From a virus: 64,000 nucleotides of DNA. How positions within the stretch are numbered: the first letter of the stretch is position 1; each line of letters starts with the position of its first letter. Shown here piece by piece: positions 49,837 to 58,929 of the stretch. A program made the position numbers and the translations under genes. Location: the IMG/VR virus record IMGVR_UViG_3300044632_002025, one strand, 5' to 3'. The notes beneath the pieces were generated by a model that was given only the letters and a program-made list of their open reading frames with translations, did no database searches and had not been told where the DNA came from.

Positions 49837-50409
49837 CTAAATGTTTTCAACGGAATCGGGGGCTAATTCAGCACTAGCCTCAATCTGATTTGGGGCGGGT
49901 TCTAGGAATTGAGGGTAAACAGCGACATCAACATAGTCTTCTTCACTGACTACTTCAGTAGCACCCTCTACCATAAACATGATGGCAGTAAGTTGTTTAT
50001 GTGCTTCCAAAGAGGCAGAAAGATTTTTAGAAACTAATTCGATAACATCACCCCGACCAGTAACTTTTTGGTCACTGTAGCCAGACTTACCCATATCCAT
50101 TACCTCGGCCAAGAACTGAACCCGGGAATATAAAGTAGCATACTTTAACTCCTTTAATTCCATGCCCATTTTGACGGCTTCAGCCCCGCCCTTCCGGTAT
50201 TTAGCAACCAAATTAGGTTCAGCCTCAATAACTCTGACTACTAAATCCTCATTAATATCCAAAGGAGTTATCTTCCGATTTACCCTTCGACAGATTTCCG
50301 AGAATGAGTATTCAGGGTAGCAACCCTTATAGAAACAAATAGCCTCCTTTACTAAATCTGGTAGACTTCCCTCCGTATTTACCACAATATCTTTTTTAGA
50401 CCTGGACAT
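49837..50409 (-). CDS. hypothetical protein
   Basis: ORF track, 190 aa. Abuts the upstream gene (ATG overlaps its stop). Confidence 0.5.
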   Translation of the reverse strand: MSRSKKDIVVNTEGSLPDLVKEAICFYKGCYPEYSFSEICRRVNRKITPLDINEDLVVRVIEAEPNLVAKYRKGGAEAVKMGMELKELKYATLYSRVQFLAEVMDMGKSGYSDQKVTGRGDVIELVSKNLSASLEAHKQLTAIMFMVEGATEVVSEEDYVDVAVYPQFLEPAPNQIEASAELAPDSVENI

Positions 50410-50711
50410 TAAATAGCCCCCATTAAATCAGAAGTCCAAGATTTACCCGTAAATTTCTTGGGGACTTTGGTTTTAATCCGGGGGAAACCTGCTCTACCAG
50501 CAATCATATTGCGGAGATTTTCTTTTTCCTCTGGTTCACCAAATCCAGAACCTAACGCAACAGCATCGGTCATGTCAAGAATGTCCCTAGCCCGATGTTT
50601 ATAATGACCAGCTAAAGCATTCATGACTTCCCAATGTGGCATAGATAGTAATTGTTTACGGCTAATTCCCATTTTGTAAAATACGGGTAAAACATCGATT
50701 AGAGTTTCCAC
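50409..50711 (-). CDS. hypothetical protein
   Basis: ORF track, 100 aa. Confidence 0.5.
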   Translation of the reverse strand: METLIDVLPVFYKMGISRKQLLSMPHWEVMNALAGHYKHRARDILDMTDAVALGSGFGEPEEKENLRNMIAGRAGFPRIKTKVPKKFTGKSWTSDLMGAI

Positions 50712-50719
50712 ATAGAGAT

Positions 50720-51283
50720 TTACTCTTGCTCGATTTTGGAATCCAAAGGGACATCTAATTCCTCCTGTTGAACGGGGGTAACACCATCCTGTTCTGGTGT
50801 TTGCCCAATTTCATCCAGTAGTGTTTGTAAATGGTTATAAATACCCATGATGGTTTTAGAGCGTAATCTTTTAAAGGTTCCTACTGGTTGGCCAAGCAGT
50901 GCCTCAATCATTTTTCGAGCGGGGGCTAACATCTGGGCTTCCAATTTAGCTTTCCGTACAGCATCTTTGGCATCTTTGGTCTGTACTAGCACCACAGTAC
51001 CATTTTCATCTTCTTGTCCAAAAATATTAATGTAGGCATCCATAGCCTCGCTCCGTCCAGCAAAATAGGCAATATACTGTTCTTCTAAAAGATTCTCTGG
51101 GCTAGTTACCTGATAGGTCTTACCATTTACAGTTACTTCACCCAAAGGCTCAGTGTCATCTAAGAACTGGGGGATAATCTTTTCGTCAATAAGGGTCATA
51201 AACTTTTTTATTTGTGTGACTACACTCTCAAATTGGGCGTATTTGTCTGGATAGACTGCGAGATTATGAAGATTAAGTTTCAT
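50720..51283 (-). CDS. hypothetical protein
   Basis: ORF track, 187 aa. First gene of the minus-strand operon that ends with phoH. Confidence 0.5.
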   Translation of the reverse strand: MKLNLHNLAVYPDKYAQFESVVTQIKKFMTLIDEKIIPQFLDDTEPLGEVTVNGKTYQVTSPENLLEEQYIAYFAGRSEAMDAYINIFGQEDENGTVVLVQTKDAKDAVRKAKLEAQMLAPARKMIEALLGQPVGTFKRLRSKTIMGIYNHLQTLLDEIGQTPEQDGVTPVQQEELDVPLDSKIEQE

Positions 51284-51390
51284 GAAGTTAACGAGAATTT
51301 AATCGTAAAACCCAGTGGTTGATTTTTTATTTGTACCTAAAGTCGGGATTGCAGGCATATTATATGTGAGACCTATAAGGACTAAAAACT

Positions 51391-52296
51391 ATGTCTGAAT
51401 TTACCAACGCCCCTATTATTGTTAACGACTTTAGGGTAGCAGTGTACCAGATTTACCATCAGTACCAGTTTATTAAAGCCAATCTTCCTGCCGCTACTGC
51501 CTCAACTTGGTTAAAGGCTACATGGGCTATTACATTGAATCGGGGGTTTACTGGTCTTCCTTATTTCCCCCATACAGTGGTGGTAGTAGATGATAGTAGC
51601 CCTTACTGGAGAGAAGCCTACCTTAGAGAGAGAGGATTCCCAGAGTATAAAGGTGGTAGACCCTCTAAAACCGATGAATGGTATGAGGTCAACCAAGCTG
51701 GGTTAGATTATGTAACTGCCCCTAACAGCCCTATTCACTATTTAAGATTCCCCCAATTTGAGGCAGATGATATAGCCTCTGCCATTGTAAGAAGCAAAAG
51801 TAATAGACTGGTTTTTCTCCACACGATAGACTCTGACTGGATGGGTTTGGTTAACAATGGTGTCCTCAACAGTATGACCTTAGACCAAGCCCTATTGGAA
51901 CCCTTTGTGGAACCCACCTCTCTCTGGGTCAGTATGGCGCAATGGACTCCTCGGTTCCGTGATGAGGCGGGTGTATTTGCTCACACCTTAAAACGGGAAA
52001 AACGTAAAATTGACTCTCCCCCCCAAATTTGGGATATAAAAGTTGAAAAAGGCGATAAGAGTGATAATCTCATCAAAGGTAGTCCTATCGAAGTGATTAA
52101 TCTACTCAATCCCCCTCCTGAATTTGATATTTTACAAAGAGCTAACTACGCACCACAGGTACGTCAAGTGGTTAACTCCGGTGAACCCAATTCTAGTTTT
52201 AAGCACCTGAAGAAAGCCCACGACTGGTTTGTTGAATCTGGTCAAAGAGTAACAGTACATGGGTACTATGACTTTTTAAGTCCAGAGTTGACTTGA
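51391..52296 (+). CDS. 5'-3' exonuclease / flap endonuclease (PIN-like, T5 D15 / RNase H type)
   Basis: VVVVDDSSPYWREAYL...PEYKGGRPSK, FEADDIASAIV and HTIDSDWMGLV match the FEN acidic clusters. Confidence 0.6.
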   Translation: MSEFTNAPIIVNDFRVAVYQIYHQYQFIKANLPAATASTWLKATWAITLNRGFTGLPYFPHTVVVVDDSSPYWREAYLRERGFPEYKGGRPSKTDEWYEVNQAGLDYVTAPNSPIHYLRFPQFEADDIASAIVRSKSNRLVFLHTIDSDWMGLVNNGVLNSMTLDQALLEPFVEPTSLWVSMAQWTPRFRDEAGVFAHTLKREKRKIDSPPQIWDIKVEKGDKSDNLIKGSPIEVINLLNPPPEFDILQRANYAPQVRQVVNSGEPNSSFKHLKKAHDWFVESGQRVTVHGYYDFLSPELT

Positions 52297-52321
52297 CAGA
52301 CTTCGCTCAAACTGTTATACT
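52293..52321 (+). promoter_or_regulatory. early-type promoter (also carries a CGCTCAAAC box in the spacer)
   Basis: TTGACA-GACTTCGCTCAAACTGT-TATACT. Confidence 0.65.
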
Positions 52322-52345
52322 GGAGTTAACCTTCAGGATTCAACC

Positions 52346-52609
52346 ATGTACATTATAATTACACCGTGCGAAACATATCAAACCCCAGTTTTGACAGAGG
52401 TTGAGCAACAAGGTCTGGAAAGTGGTGAGTACACCATACTCAAGGTAATCTTCGATGGCTCTGATGAAGTAGTCCATCTAGATTGGACGGTACTCCAGGA
52501 TTGGATTGAACAGAAAAAACAGGAAAAAAGAAATAACCTAAACCCCTTGACATCTAATCTACTCTCTGTTATACTGGGGTTATTAACCCAACAAAAACTG
52601 GTTAAGTGA
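52346..52609 (+). CDS. hypothetical small protein
   Basis: 87 aa. SD AGGA. The C-terminal 20 codons run into the next promoter cassette. Confidence 0.45.
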   Translation: MYIIITPCETYQTPVLTEVEQQGLESGEYTILKVIFDGSDEVVHLDWTVLQDWIEQKKQEKRNNLNPLTSNLLSVILGLLTQQKLVK

Positions 52610-52662
52610 GAACCAAGCTTAATCAATCAGGGTTAAACCCCCTTTAACTAGGGTAAAGCGGC
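52543..52662 (+). promoter_or_regulatory. promoter plus conserved leader, copy B (no ORF behind it)
   Basis: TTGACA (52547-52552), 17 nt, TATACT (52570-52575). About 90 nt nearly identical to the sigma-gene leader follows. It ends just before the next promoter at 52697. Confidence 0.75.
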
Positions 52663-52696
52663 AGAGAAAAGCCTAAAAAGAATTTTCTCAAACCCC

Positions 52697-52725
52697 TTGA
52701 CACCTAATATACCTTCTGTTATACT
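52697..52725 (+). promoter_or_regulatory. early-type promoter
   Basis: TTGACA-CCTAATATACCTTCTGT-TATACT, preceded by TTTTCTCAAACCCC, which is shared with the promoters at 57406 and 16286. Confidence 0.7.
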
Positions 52726-52772
52726 AGGGTTAACCCAACAAAAACCAAATCTAAACAAAACCCAACAAATTT

Positions 52773-53687
52773 ATGACAACCTCAACTGCACAAGTACCCT
52801 CCGTAGTTTCCTTTGATGAAGTAATTTCCTTATACTCTGGTAAGCTTTGGGACAAGGTTTATACCAATGTTCCAAACTCTAAGATTGGACGTACCTTAAC
52901 CACCCAACTCAGTTACATTTTAAACCAAGTTGGTGAAAAGTTCGACCCAGATGGCTCCATTCTGACAGTAAAAGCGGAAAATGGGGTGTTCAAAGCACTC
53001 TATAGCCCCACCCTTTATAAAGTTTCTAACACATTATTGCGGGGTTCGGCATACGCAAAAGCAAACCCCAGCTTGTTTGAAGACGAACCTGCTGAAAACG
53101 GTGAAACTGGTTACAACCTAGGAGTTCGTTTCAGTCAAACCTTGTTCGTACCCTACATGGCTTTCGCCAATATCGAAGGCATCGCATCCATGCCTTCCGA
53201 CAGTGGCATCACCATTGTCCTTCCCGAAAGCGAAGCGTTCCCCGAAGGTTTGACCTTTGACTTGACCGCACGTTTTACTGAAGCCGACATGGAAAAACGT
53301 AAAAACGATTCCATAAAAATGCGTCGGGCATTCACAAAAGGTACTTTCTTTACTTATTTGGCTGAACCCCCGACTGGTGGTGGTTCTGCTACACCCCTCC
53401 GTGATTTGGAAGACGGTACAGAATACACTATCGTAGGGTATGAATTTAAAGAAAGTGACAATGGTGGATTTTTCACCCTCACCACTGAAGATGGTATGAA
53501 GATTATGTCCAACAAAGCCATTGCCCGTACTCTTGAGGCTGGCCCGGTAGTCACCCCTACTAAAACCTGCTTACTCCGAGTAGTAAACAAAACAAAAATG
53601 GCAAATGGAAATACTAAGGTTAATGCGTCTCTAGTCGTACCCTCTGAGAATTTCCCCAGCCGTGGAGACATCGACCTAGATTGGTAG
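52773..53687 (+). CDS. hypothetical, abundant early protein (single-stranded DNA-binding candidate)
   Basis: 304 aa with strong codon bias and two consensus promoters upstream. The C-terminal region looks beta-rich and ends in the acidic-aromatic tip GDIDLDW. The SSB idea is inference only. Confidence 0.45.
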   Translation: MTTSTAQVPSVVSFDEVISLYSGKLWDKVYTNVPNSKIGRTLTTQLSYILNQVGEKFDPDGSILTVKAENGVFKALYSPTLYKVSNTLLRGSAYAKANPSLFEDEPAENGETGYNLGVRFSQTLFVPYMAFANIEGIASMPSDSGITIVLPESEAFPEGLTFDLTARFTEADMEKRKNDSIKMRRAFTKGTFFTYLAEPPTGGGSATPLRDLEDGTEYTIVGYEFKESDNGGFFTLTTEDGMKIMSNKAIARTLEAGPVVTPTKTCLLRVVNKTKMANGNTKVNASLVVPSENFPSRGDIDLDW

Positions 53688-53740
53688 GCATTTTTACCTA
53701 ATCCGAAGGGGGGTACAAAGCCCCCTTCACCATCTCTTTA

Positions 53741-54007
53741 ATGGAAATACTGGAGTCTAAAATGTCTGAGAATTTGATGCGGAAAGCTTTAGAAATTGTA
53801 AAGAGTTTCGACACGGAAGCCGAACGTTCCCAAGGGTTAGTGGCGTTAGCCCCTAATTTACCCCCAGAACTAATACCCGAAGCCATAGAACTTGCTGAGG
53901 GTATCAAAAAAGAGGACTTACGATTTCATGCTTTGGTAGCTTTAAGAGTCACTCTACCTTTGAAAGCATTAGCCCCTTACTTGGCTTTGGCTAAAGTAAC
54001 CCCTTGA
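53741..54007 (+). CDS. hypothetical HEAT-like repeat protein
   Basis: 88 aa. LVALAPNLPPELIPEAIELAEGI resembles the short HEAT-like repeats common in cyanobacteria. Confidence 0.4.
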   Translation: MEILESKMSENLMRKALEIVKSFDTEAERSQGLVALAPNLPPELIPEAIELAEGIKKEDLRFHALVALRVTLPLKALAPYLALAKVTP

Positions 54008-54032
54008 CATCTAATCTACTCTCTGTCATACA
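54004..54032 (+). promoter_or_regulatory. early-type promoter
   Basis: TTGACA-TCTAATCTACTCTCTGT-CATACA. Confidence 0.55.
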
Positions 54033-54095
54033 GGGAGTAACCGTCCAACACAAAGTTGACCCGTTAAAACAAACACTTTACCCTTGGGGAACATT

Positions 54096-54371
54096 ATGGT
54101 ATCAGAAATGAATGAACTCCTTCCCACCGATTGCGGTGACTGTGAGTGCGATGATTTGGGATGTGATTTTAAGGATGACGAAGAATCTGACTTCGAGTGT
54201 AAGTTTCCTACCGAGTTTGACCTAAATACAGGTCTGCTTTATGATAATGTTCAAAACACTATTGACTCATTAACCACCGTACTCCGTAATCATCAGCTAG
54301 AATATGAGGAGGTTGATGTATATTCTGAATTGTTACGTCAACTTTATGTAGTTTTCCAAACTTTAGGCTAG
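54096..54371 (+). CDS. small acidic Cys-containing protein
   Basis: Track ORF (TTG 54084) trimmed to ATG 54096. Reads MVSEMNELLPTDCGDCECDDLGCDFKDDEESDFEC... Confidence 0.45.
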   Translation: MVSEMNELLPTDCGDCECDDLGCDFKDDEESDFECKFPTEFDLNTGLLYDNVQNTIDSLTTVLRNHQLEYEEVDVYSELLRQLYVVFQTLG

Positions 54372-54383
54372 AACTCTAACCAC

Positions 54384-54395
54384 TTAACGCCCAAG
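54384..54395 (+). promoter_or_regulatory. late-type motif site L15
   Basis: TTAACGCCCAAG, 41 nt upstream of ATG 54436. Confidence 0.45.
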
Positions 54396-54435
54396 TCCAG
54401 ATTTAGACCCTTGTTTAATCTGGACTTGATTTTTT
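54393..54435 (+). terminator. 10-bp stem-loop plus U-run abutting the endolysin start codon
   Basis: AAGTCCAGAT (54393-54402), 15-nt loop, ATCTGGACTT (54418-54427), then GATTTTTT and the ATG. Confidence 0.55.
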
Positions 54436-55278
54436 ATGACCTTGAATCCTGCTAAAACCGTTACCTTTGACCAGCTAAAAGCTGATTCAGAGACTTTAAA
54501 AGACTTACAGACAGAACTAGCCAGAATAGGCTTTTATAAATTAGAAATTGACGGTATTTGGGGGGAAGGGACAGAACTAGCCCTTAAACAAGCCTCTGAG
54601 AAATATAAACTTAATAATTTTGAAAAACAAGTTATCGGTAAGAGTTTCATCACAAAACTGTTGGCAGATACTGCTAAACCGGCGGATACCCTTAAATACG
54701 ATTTGAGTCCAGTGGCGGAGGCAGATTTTCAAGCCTTGGCTAAAAGTCTTAATCTAGAGGTCGCCCTATTGAAAGCAGTTGCCGAAGTTGAATCTTCTGG
54801 TCGAGGACTTCAGGATGATGGCAGACCCGTCGTTAGATTTGAATCCCACGTTTTCTCTAGTATGACTAACCGTAAATTTGATTCTTCCCATCCTAAACTC
54901 TCTACTCGCAAATACTCTCCCTTATTGAACTCCCGTAGTTCTGAGGGGGAATACCTACGCTTAGAGGCGGCTATGCTTTTAGACCGGGAAGCGGCATTAC
55001 AATCAGCATCCTTTGGGGCTTTCCAGATTATGGGATTCAACTATGAAGTGGTTGGCTACCCTACAGTTGAAGAATTTTTCCAAGCCATGCACAGCCCTAA
55101 AGACCAGTTAAAAGCTTTAGGGCAGTTTTTAGTTCGTAATGCTTTGGTGGTTTCCCTAAGACGAAAAGATTTTAAAGGGTTTGCTCGTTCTTATAATGGC
55201 CCGGCTTACAACCAACATCGCCCACCTTATGATGAGCGTATCCGTACTGCATACGAAAAACATTTGAAAAACATTTGA
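54436..55278 (+). CDS. endolysin: peptidoglycan-binding domain + N-acetylmuramidase (DUF3380-type)
   Basis: LARIGFYKLEIDGIWGEGTELALKQ is PG_binding_1-like. LLKAVAEVESSGRG...RFESHVF...ASFGAFQIMGFNY...FARSYNGPAY is a muramidase-family pattern. Confidence 0.8.
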   Translation: MTLNPAKTVTFDQLKADSETLKDLQTELARIGFYKLEIDGIWGEGTELALKQASEKYKLNNFEKQVIGKSFITKLLADTAKPADTLKYDLSPVAEADFQALAKSLNLEVALLKAVAEVESSGRGLQDDGRPVVRFESHVFSSMTNRKFDSSHPKLSTRKYSPLLNSRSSEGEYLRLEAAMLLDREAALQSASFGAFQIMGFNYEVVGYPTVEEFFQAMHSPKDQLKALGQFLVRNALVVSLRRKDFKGFARSYNGPAYNQHRPPYDERIRTAYEKHLKNI

Positions 55279-55309
55279 AAACTAAAGTAAAACCACTTTA
55301 AATCAGCCC

Positions 55310-55338
55310 TTGACAATTCTGGGGGGGTCTGTTACACT
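55310..55338 (+). promoter_or_regulatory. early-type promoter with a G7 tract in the spacer
   Basis: TTGACA-ATTCTGGGGGGGTCTGT-TACACT. Confidence 0.6.
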
Positions 55339-55372
55339 GGGTTCAACAAGGACAAGTAATCTGCGGCCAGTG

Positions 55373-57355
55373 ATGACGAGAAAGTTAACTGCAAGAGAAA
55401 AAAATAGCGTGGACAAATTCAACCATGAGGGTTGTGACCCCCATGAAAACCGATTTGAGAACCAGCAAGAACAAAAAACCCCTAGAGATTCTGATGATGA
55501 GGGTCAGTTTATGGGGGATTTCACCCGTTATCGGGAGGGAATGCGAGTTCTGGCTCAACATGGGCTAGAGCTTATCCCCCATCCAAAGGGTGATTTAGCT
55601 GGACACAAAATTTATATTGACTGTCCCTACACGGTAGCTCCCACTGGGGATGGCTACAAACCACCTTCGGATTTCCATTGGAAAAAGAAAATTGTGCCAA
55701 TGGAACACCAGGACACCCTGGAGGACGCAGTAAACATGATTAAGTCCCATTGTAGCAAGCAAGTTTGGGAATACTGGAAACCTTTAGTGTTTCACAATGG
55801 GGACAATCGTAGACCAGTTTTTAATACTGCTCTTTTAATGTTGGCTGGTGAGCAAACCAAACGATACAATTCTGGCATTAGTTTAAGGGGTGGTACTGGT
55901 GGGAAATATATAGTTCCCCAGAAATCTTGGTTTGACCCCCGCATTCAGGAGGTTACAGCCCAAGATTTGTTGTCCATCTTTCCCGAAGCAGAACGTCAAA
56001 TGTTCCTCTTATTAGTCGGGAGAATTGTGGTTGGAAGTGGTGATTCCACAACTGTTGAGGGAATCGACATTAACCATAAGTTTCGCTCTATGGGCATTGT
56101 CTTGGGTGAACCAGGCTTGGGTAAATCGGCTCTAATGACCTTTGTAATGGACGCTCTGAAAAATTGCGGCTATGACATCCAAACCATGGCTGATAACTTT
56201 GGCAGATTTGGTTGGGGGGAAATTGCTGTCTCCCATCTGGCTTATCTGGATGACCTCACCAAATCCACCCAACAAAAAATGTTACACTCCGGGCTGACTA
56301 AGCAATTGGTTAGTAACGGTGTACTACGCACCGAAAATAAAGGAGTTGACGCAATAAACGTTAAGTCTCGAACTGTCATAATTGCTTGTTCTAACGAGTG
56401 GAATGCTCGTGACTTGTATAATGCTGATGACGGTATTAAGGACAGGGTAAATATGCTCTCTATTTACCAGGAGACAGAATTAAAGAAAATGGTGGGTACT
56501 GGGTTATCCTCTGGTAGCCCTGATTTCCGAACTTGGCATCATTGGAATTATCTGGCTAAAAAACTTAATACCACTACCGATGTTTTGGGGTTTTGGCTAC
56601 TCCACTTGTCCTCCGAAGAGTTCCTCAAAGTGGCAGGTTACACTGAGTCCGTATTGCCCCGTGACCCCAAAAAATTTCCTTCGCTATCAGATGAAACTTA
56701 TAATCAGATGCTGAGGATGACTGGGGCTACTATGGCTCAAACCAATCCTAACCGTCTGGAAGAAACCATTGTAGCCCTCCATAAAGAACTGAGAATCCGT
56801 ACAGTTCAAAATGCTACAAAGGATATGGTTCACTTCTGGAGATTCTGTATGGTTTTTTCGGGAATTGACTCCAAGAGTGGGATTGGTGAATACTACGAGT
56901 CTAGTGCTAACTTTGATGACCAACTCGCAGTGTTCTTTCTCGAAGCTCAAAGAGCCTTTATGGGAAATAAAGGTATTGATTTATGTCGCTATTTAAAGTC
57001 TGATTTTGAGAAAAGGGGGAAACCTAAAGGTCATCCCTACGCCATAGTAGAATCCGTGTCCGCTACAGGATTAAATAATGCAATACTAAAAGGCTTGGAG
57101 TTAGCTTCCCAACACAATAGCCCCGCTAACATCATAGAAAATATGCTTAAGGGGTTAACCACTACTGGAGGTTACGAACTTCGTAGGGACTTATCCGTAA
57201 TCGTGAGCTACTACGAAGGCAGTAAAAGCTATGACCCCCTATATAACCAAATTATCTCAGATGTCCAAGACTTAGACGATGAGGACGTATATCTAGGGTT
57301 TCACAAAGTCCTAACTAACCTTGCTAAGGGGTTTTTAAAACTGATGGTGGATTAG
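55373..57355 (+). CDS. P4/D5-type primase-helicase (SF3 NTPase)
   Basis: The track start, 55310, is the promoter's own TTG, so the ORF is trimmed to ATG 55373. Walker A is VLGEPGLGKSAL and Walker B is LAYLDDLT. The overall layout resembles the phage/plasmid P4-family primase C-terminal domain. Confidence 0.6.
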   Translation: MTRKLTAREKNSVDKFNHEGCDPHENRFENQQEQKTPRDSDDEGQFMGDFTRYREGMRVLAQHGLELIPHPKGDLAGHKIYIDCPYTVAPTGDGYKPPSDFHWKKKIVPMEHQDTLEDAVNMIKSHCSKQVWEYWKPLVFHNGDNRRPVFNTALLMLAGEQTKRYNSGISLRGGTGGKYIVPQKSWFDPRIQEVTAQDLLSIFPEAERQMFLLLVGRIVVGSGDSTTVEGIDINHKFRSMGIVLGEPGLGKSALMTFVMDALKNCGYDIQTMADNFGRFGWGEIAVSHLAYLDDLTKSTQQKMLHSGLTKQLVSNGVLRTENKGVDAINVKSRTVIIACSNEWNARDLYNADDGIKDRVNMLSIYQETELKKMVGTGLSSGSPDFRTWHHWNYLAKKLNTTTDVLGFWLLHLSSEEFLKVAGYTESVLPRDPKKFPSLSDETYNQMLRMTGATMAQTNPNRLEETIVALHKELRIRTVQNATKDMVHFWRFCMVFSGIDSKSGIGEYYESSANFDDQLAVFFLEAQRAFMGNKGIDLCRYLKSDFEKRGKPKGHPYAIVESVSATGLNNAILKGLELASQHNSPANIIENMLKGLTTTGGYELRRDLSVIVSYYEGSKSYDPLYNQIISDVQDLDDEDVYLGFHKVLTNLAKGFLKLMVD

Positions 57356-57405
57356 TTTTAGACCTACGGGGGTGGCTAAAACCTAAAAAATTTTTCTCAA
57401 CCCCC

Positions 57406-57434
57406 TTGACACCTGCCATACCCTCTGTTATACT
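57406..57434 (+). promoter_or_regulatory. early-type promoter
   Basis: TTGACA-CCTGCCATACCCTCTGT-TATACT. Confidence 0.7.
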
Positions 57435-57461
57435 TTAGTTATTGCTACCCCAAAGACACCT

Positions 57462-58769
57462 ATGTTAGGAACAGCCAACAAAATATTAAAAACTTCCACA
57501 GTAGAAGTCGAAATGGACTTCAGAGACTTTAATAACGTCTCTATCGAAGCTTTAGAGGCGGAAATTGTGGATACCGACACTTTTATCGCCGTTCACGAAG
57601 AATTTAAACTTTTTGTAGAGAAAGTTGTCACACCCACTGGCTATACCAGCCGTCATTTCGTGGACATCTATAAACTCCTAAAAAAACTTTTACCCGTTTA
57701 TAACCCCCCGAAAACTAAGGCTACTTCCAATAAGGGTCTACAAGCCGCTTACAACGCCGCTATGGGTTCCGTATTAACCACTATGGTTAACACTCCCTTC
57801 AAAAAGAAAACAGAAGCCGTAAAACTAACTGGCTCTCAGACTGTTGCGGCGGGTAGTGCTGTCCTATTACAATTACAAATTGCAATGGATTTTACCCACG
57901 AAATTTTTCATGATTTAGTTAGAAGTGTTGAGAAAGGAGAGCCTAGACTTAGACCTAAAGAGGTTCGTAGTGCGGATGATTTAATCCGTAATGAGGATTT
58001 TTTTGCTTACTCTTGCATCCCCCCTGAAGATGTAGATGGGAGAAAGGCCTATATTGACCAGACTATGGCTCACTGGCGTGAACACACCAACACCTATCTT
58101 GACTATATGTTCTCCATTCTAGAGTTCAGCGAAAATAAATTTAACCGCCCCTGTGGTGAACTTGCCGAGGCTCTCCATACGTTTAAGGCTGAACTTGATA
58201 AGAAGGGTATCTTTAGAGCTTGGGTTAATTTCTATGATAACGTAGGAGCCGTTAAAACCTACTCTAGTATGGGCATACCAATTGAACACGAGGGTTGTTG
58301 GGGCAATCAATTGGGGAGAGACCTTGATAACAATCCCCTTTCCATTACTATGCTTTTAGAAAAGATGTTCCCATGGCAAGTAGGAAAATCCTACAGTAGA
58401 AGGCAAATAAATGCTTGGAACAAAGGCAAATGTGAGGTTCTTTTTTACGAGTGGGTTTCCCAATTCGTTTATTCTGACGACCCATTAAACTACGCTCCTT
58501 ACTCTTTAAAGCTTAGAAAACCCCCCAAATCTGATAAGGATATTTTTAAAGCCGCTTGGCAGAATCTTTATAATATCCAGAGACAAGTCCTAAACAAGAT
58601 GGAGCAAAAAGTAAAAGCCACTTACGTCCGTGTTTCTGCTGACTTCTCTAATCTCACTTCCTCAGTCAAAGAAGGGTTCGCTAAATTCTGCGGTGGTCAA
58701 GTGGTAAATTTCTCCGTCCTAGAAACAGAAGACTCAGGACTAGAACCAAACTTCACCATGTCAACGTGA
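57462..58769 (+). CDS. hypothetical protein
   Basis: ORF track, 435 aa. No family recognised. Confidence 0.5.
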   Translation: MLGTANKILKTSTVEVEMDFRDFNNVSIEALEAEIVDTDTFIAVHEEFKLFVEKVVTPTGYTSRHFVDIYKLLKKLLPVYNPPKTKATSNKGLQAAYNAAMGSVLTTMVNTPFKKKTEAVKLTGSQTVAAGSAVLLQLQIAMDFTHEIFHDLVRSVEKGEPRLRPKEVRSADDLIRNEDFFAYSCIPPEDVDGRKAYIDQTMAHWREHTNTYLDYMFSILEFSENKFNRPCGELAEALHTFKAELDKKGIFRAWVNFYDNVGAVKTYSSMGIPIEHEGCWGNQLGRDLDNNPLSITMLLEKMFPWQVGKSYSRRQINAWNKGKCEVLFYEWVSQFVYSDDPLNYAPYSLKLRKPPKSDKDIFKAAWQNLYNIQRQVLNKMEQKVKATYVRVSADFSNLTSSVKEGFAKFCGGQVVNFSVLETEDSGLEPNFTMST

Positions 58770-58794
58770 CATCTAATCTACTCTCTGTTATACT
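58766..58794 (+). promoter_or_regulatory. promoter-cassette copy with no gene behind it
   Basis: GTGACA-TCTAATCTACTCTCTGT-TATACT, then GGGTTTAACCCGACAAAAACTG. The next 135 nt have no ORF and face the 3' end of a minus-strand gene. Confidence 0.45.
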
Positions 58795-58929
58795 GGGTTT
58801 AACCCGACAAAAACTGTTGTCACATAGAAGACATTATTTGTGGATGTTATTGTTTGAACTAAAGTCTCAGGGGTGGTAACTACATACACCCCGTTAGTCT
58901 CATTAGAAAATAATATTTCTCCATTCAGT

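Noticed and set aside
51232-51242. A late-type motif copy (ATACGCCCAAT, minus strand) suggests an internal promoter.
   Set aside because: It lies inside the coding sequence of 50720..51283 (codons PDKYAQFES), 40 nt after that gene's start. It is kept only as a caveat on motif specificity.
55310-55372. The track start (TTG 55310) for the primase-helicase gives a 21-aa N-terminal extension.
   Set aside because: That TTG is the first three bases of the TTGACA -35 box of the gene's own promoter, so the transcript cannot include it.
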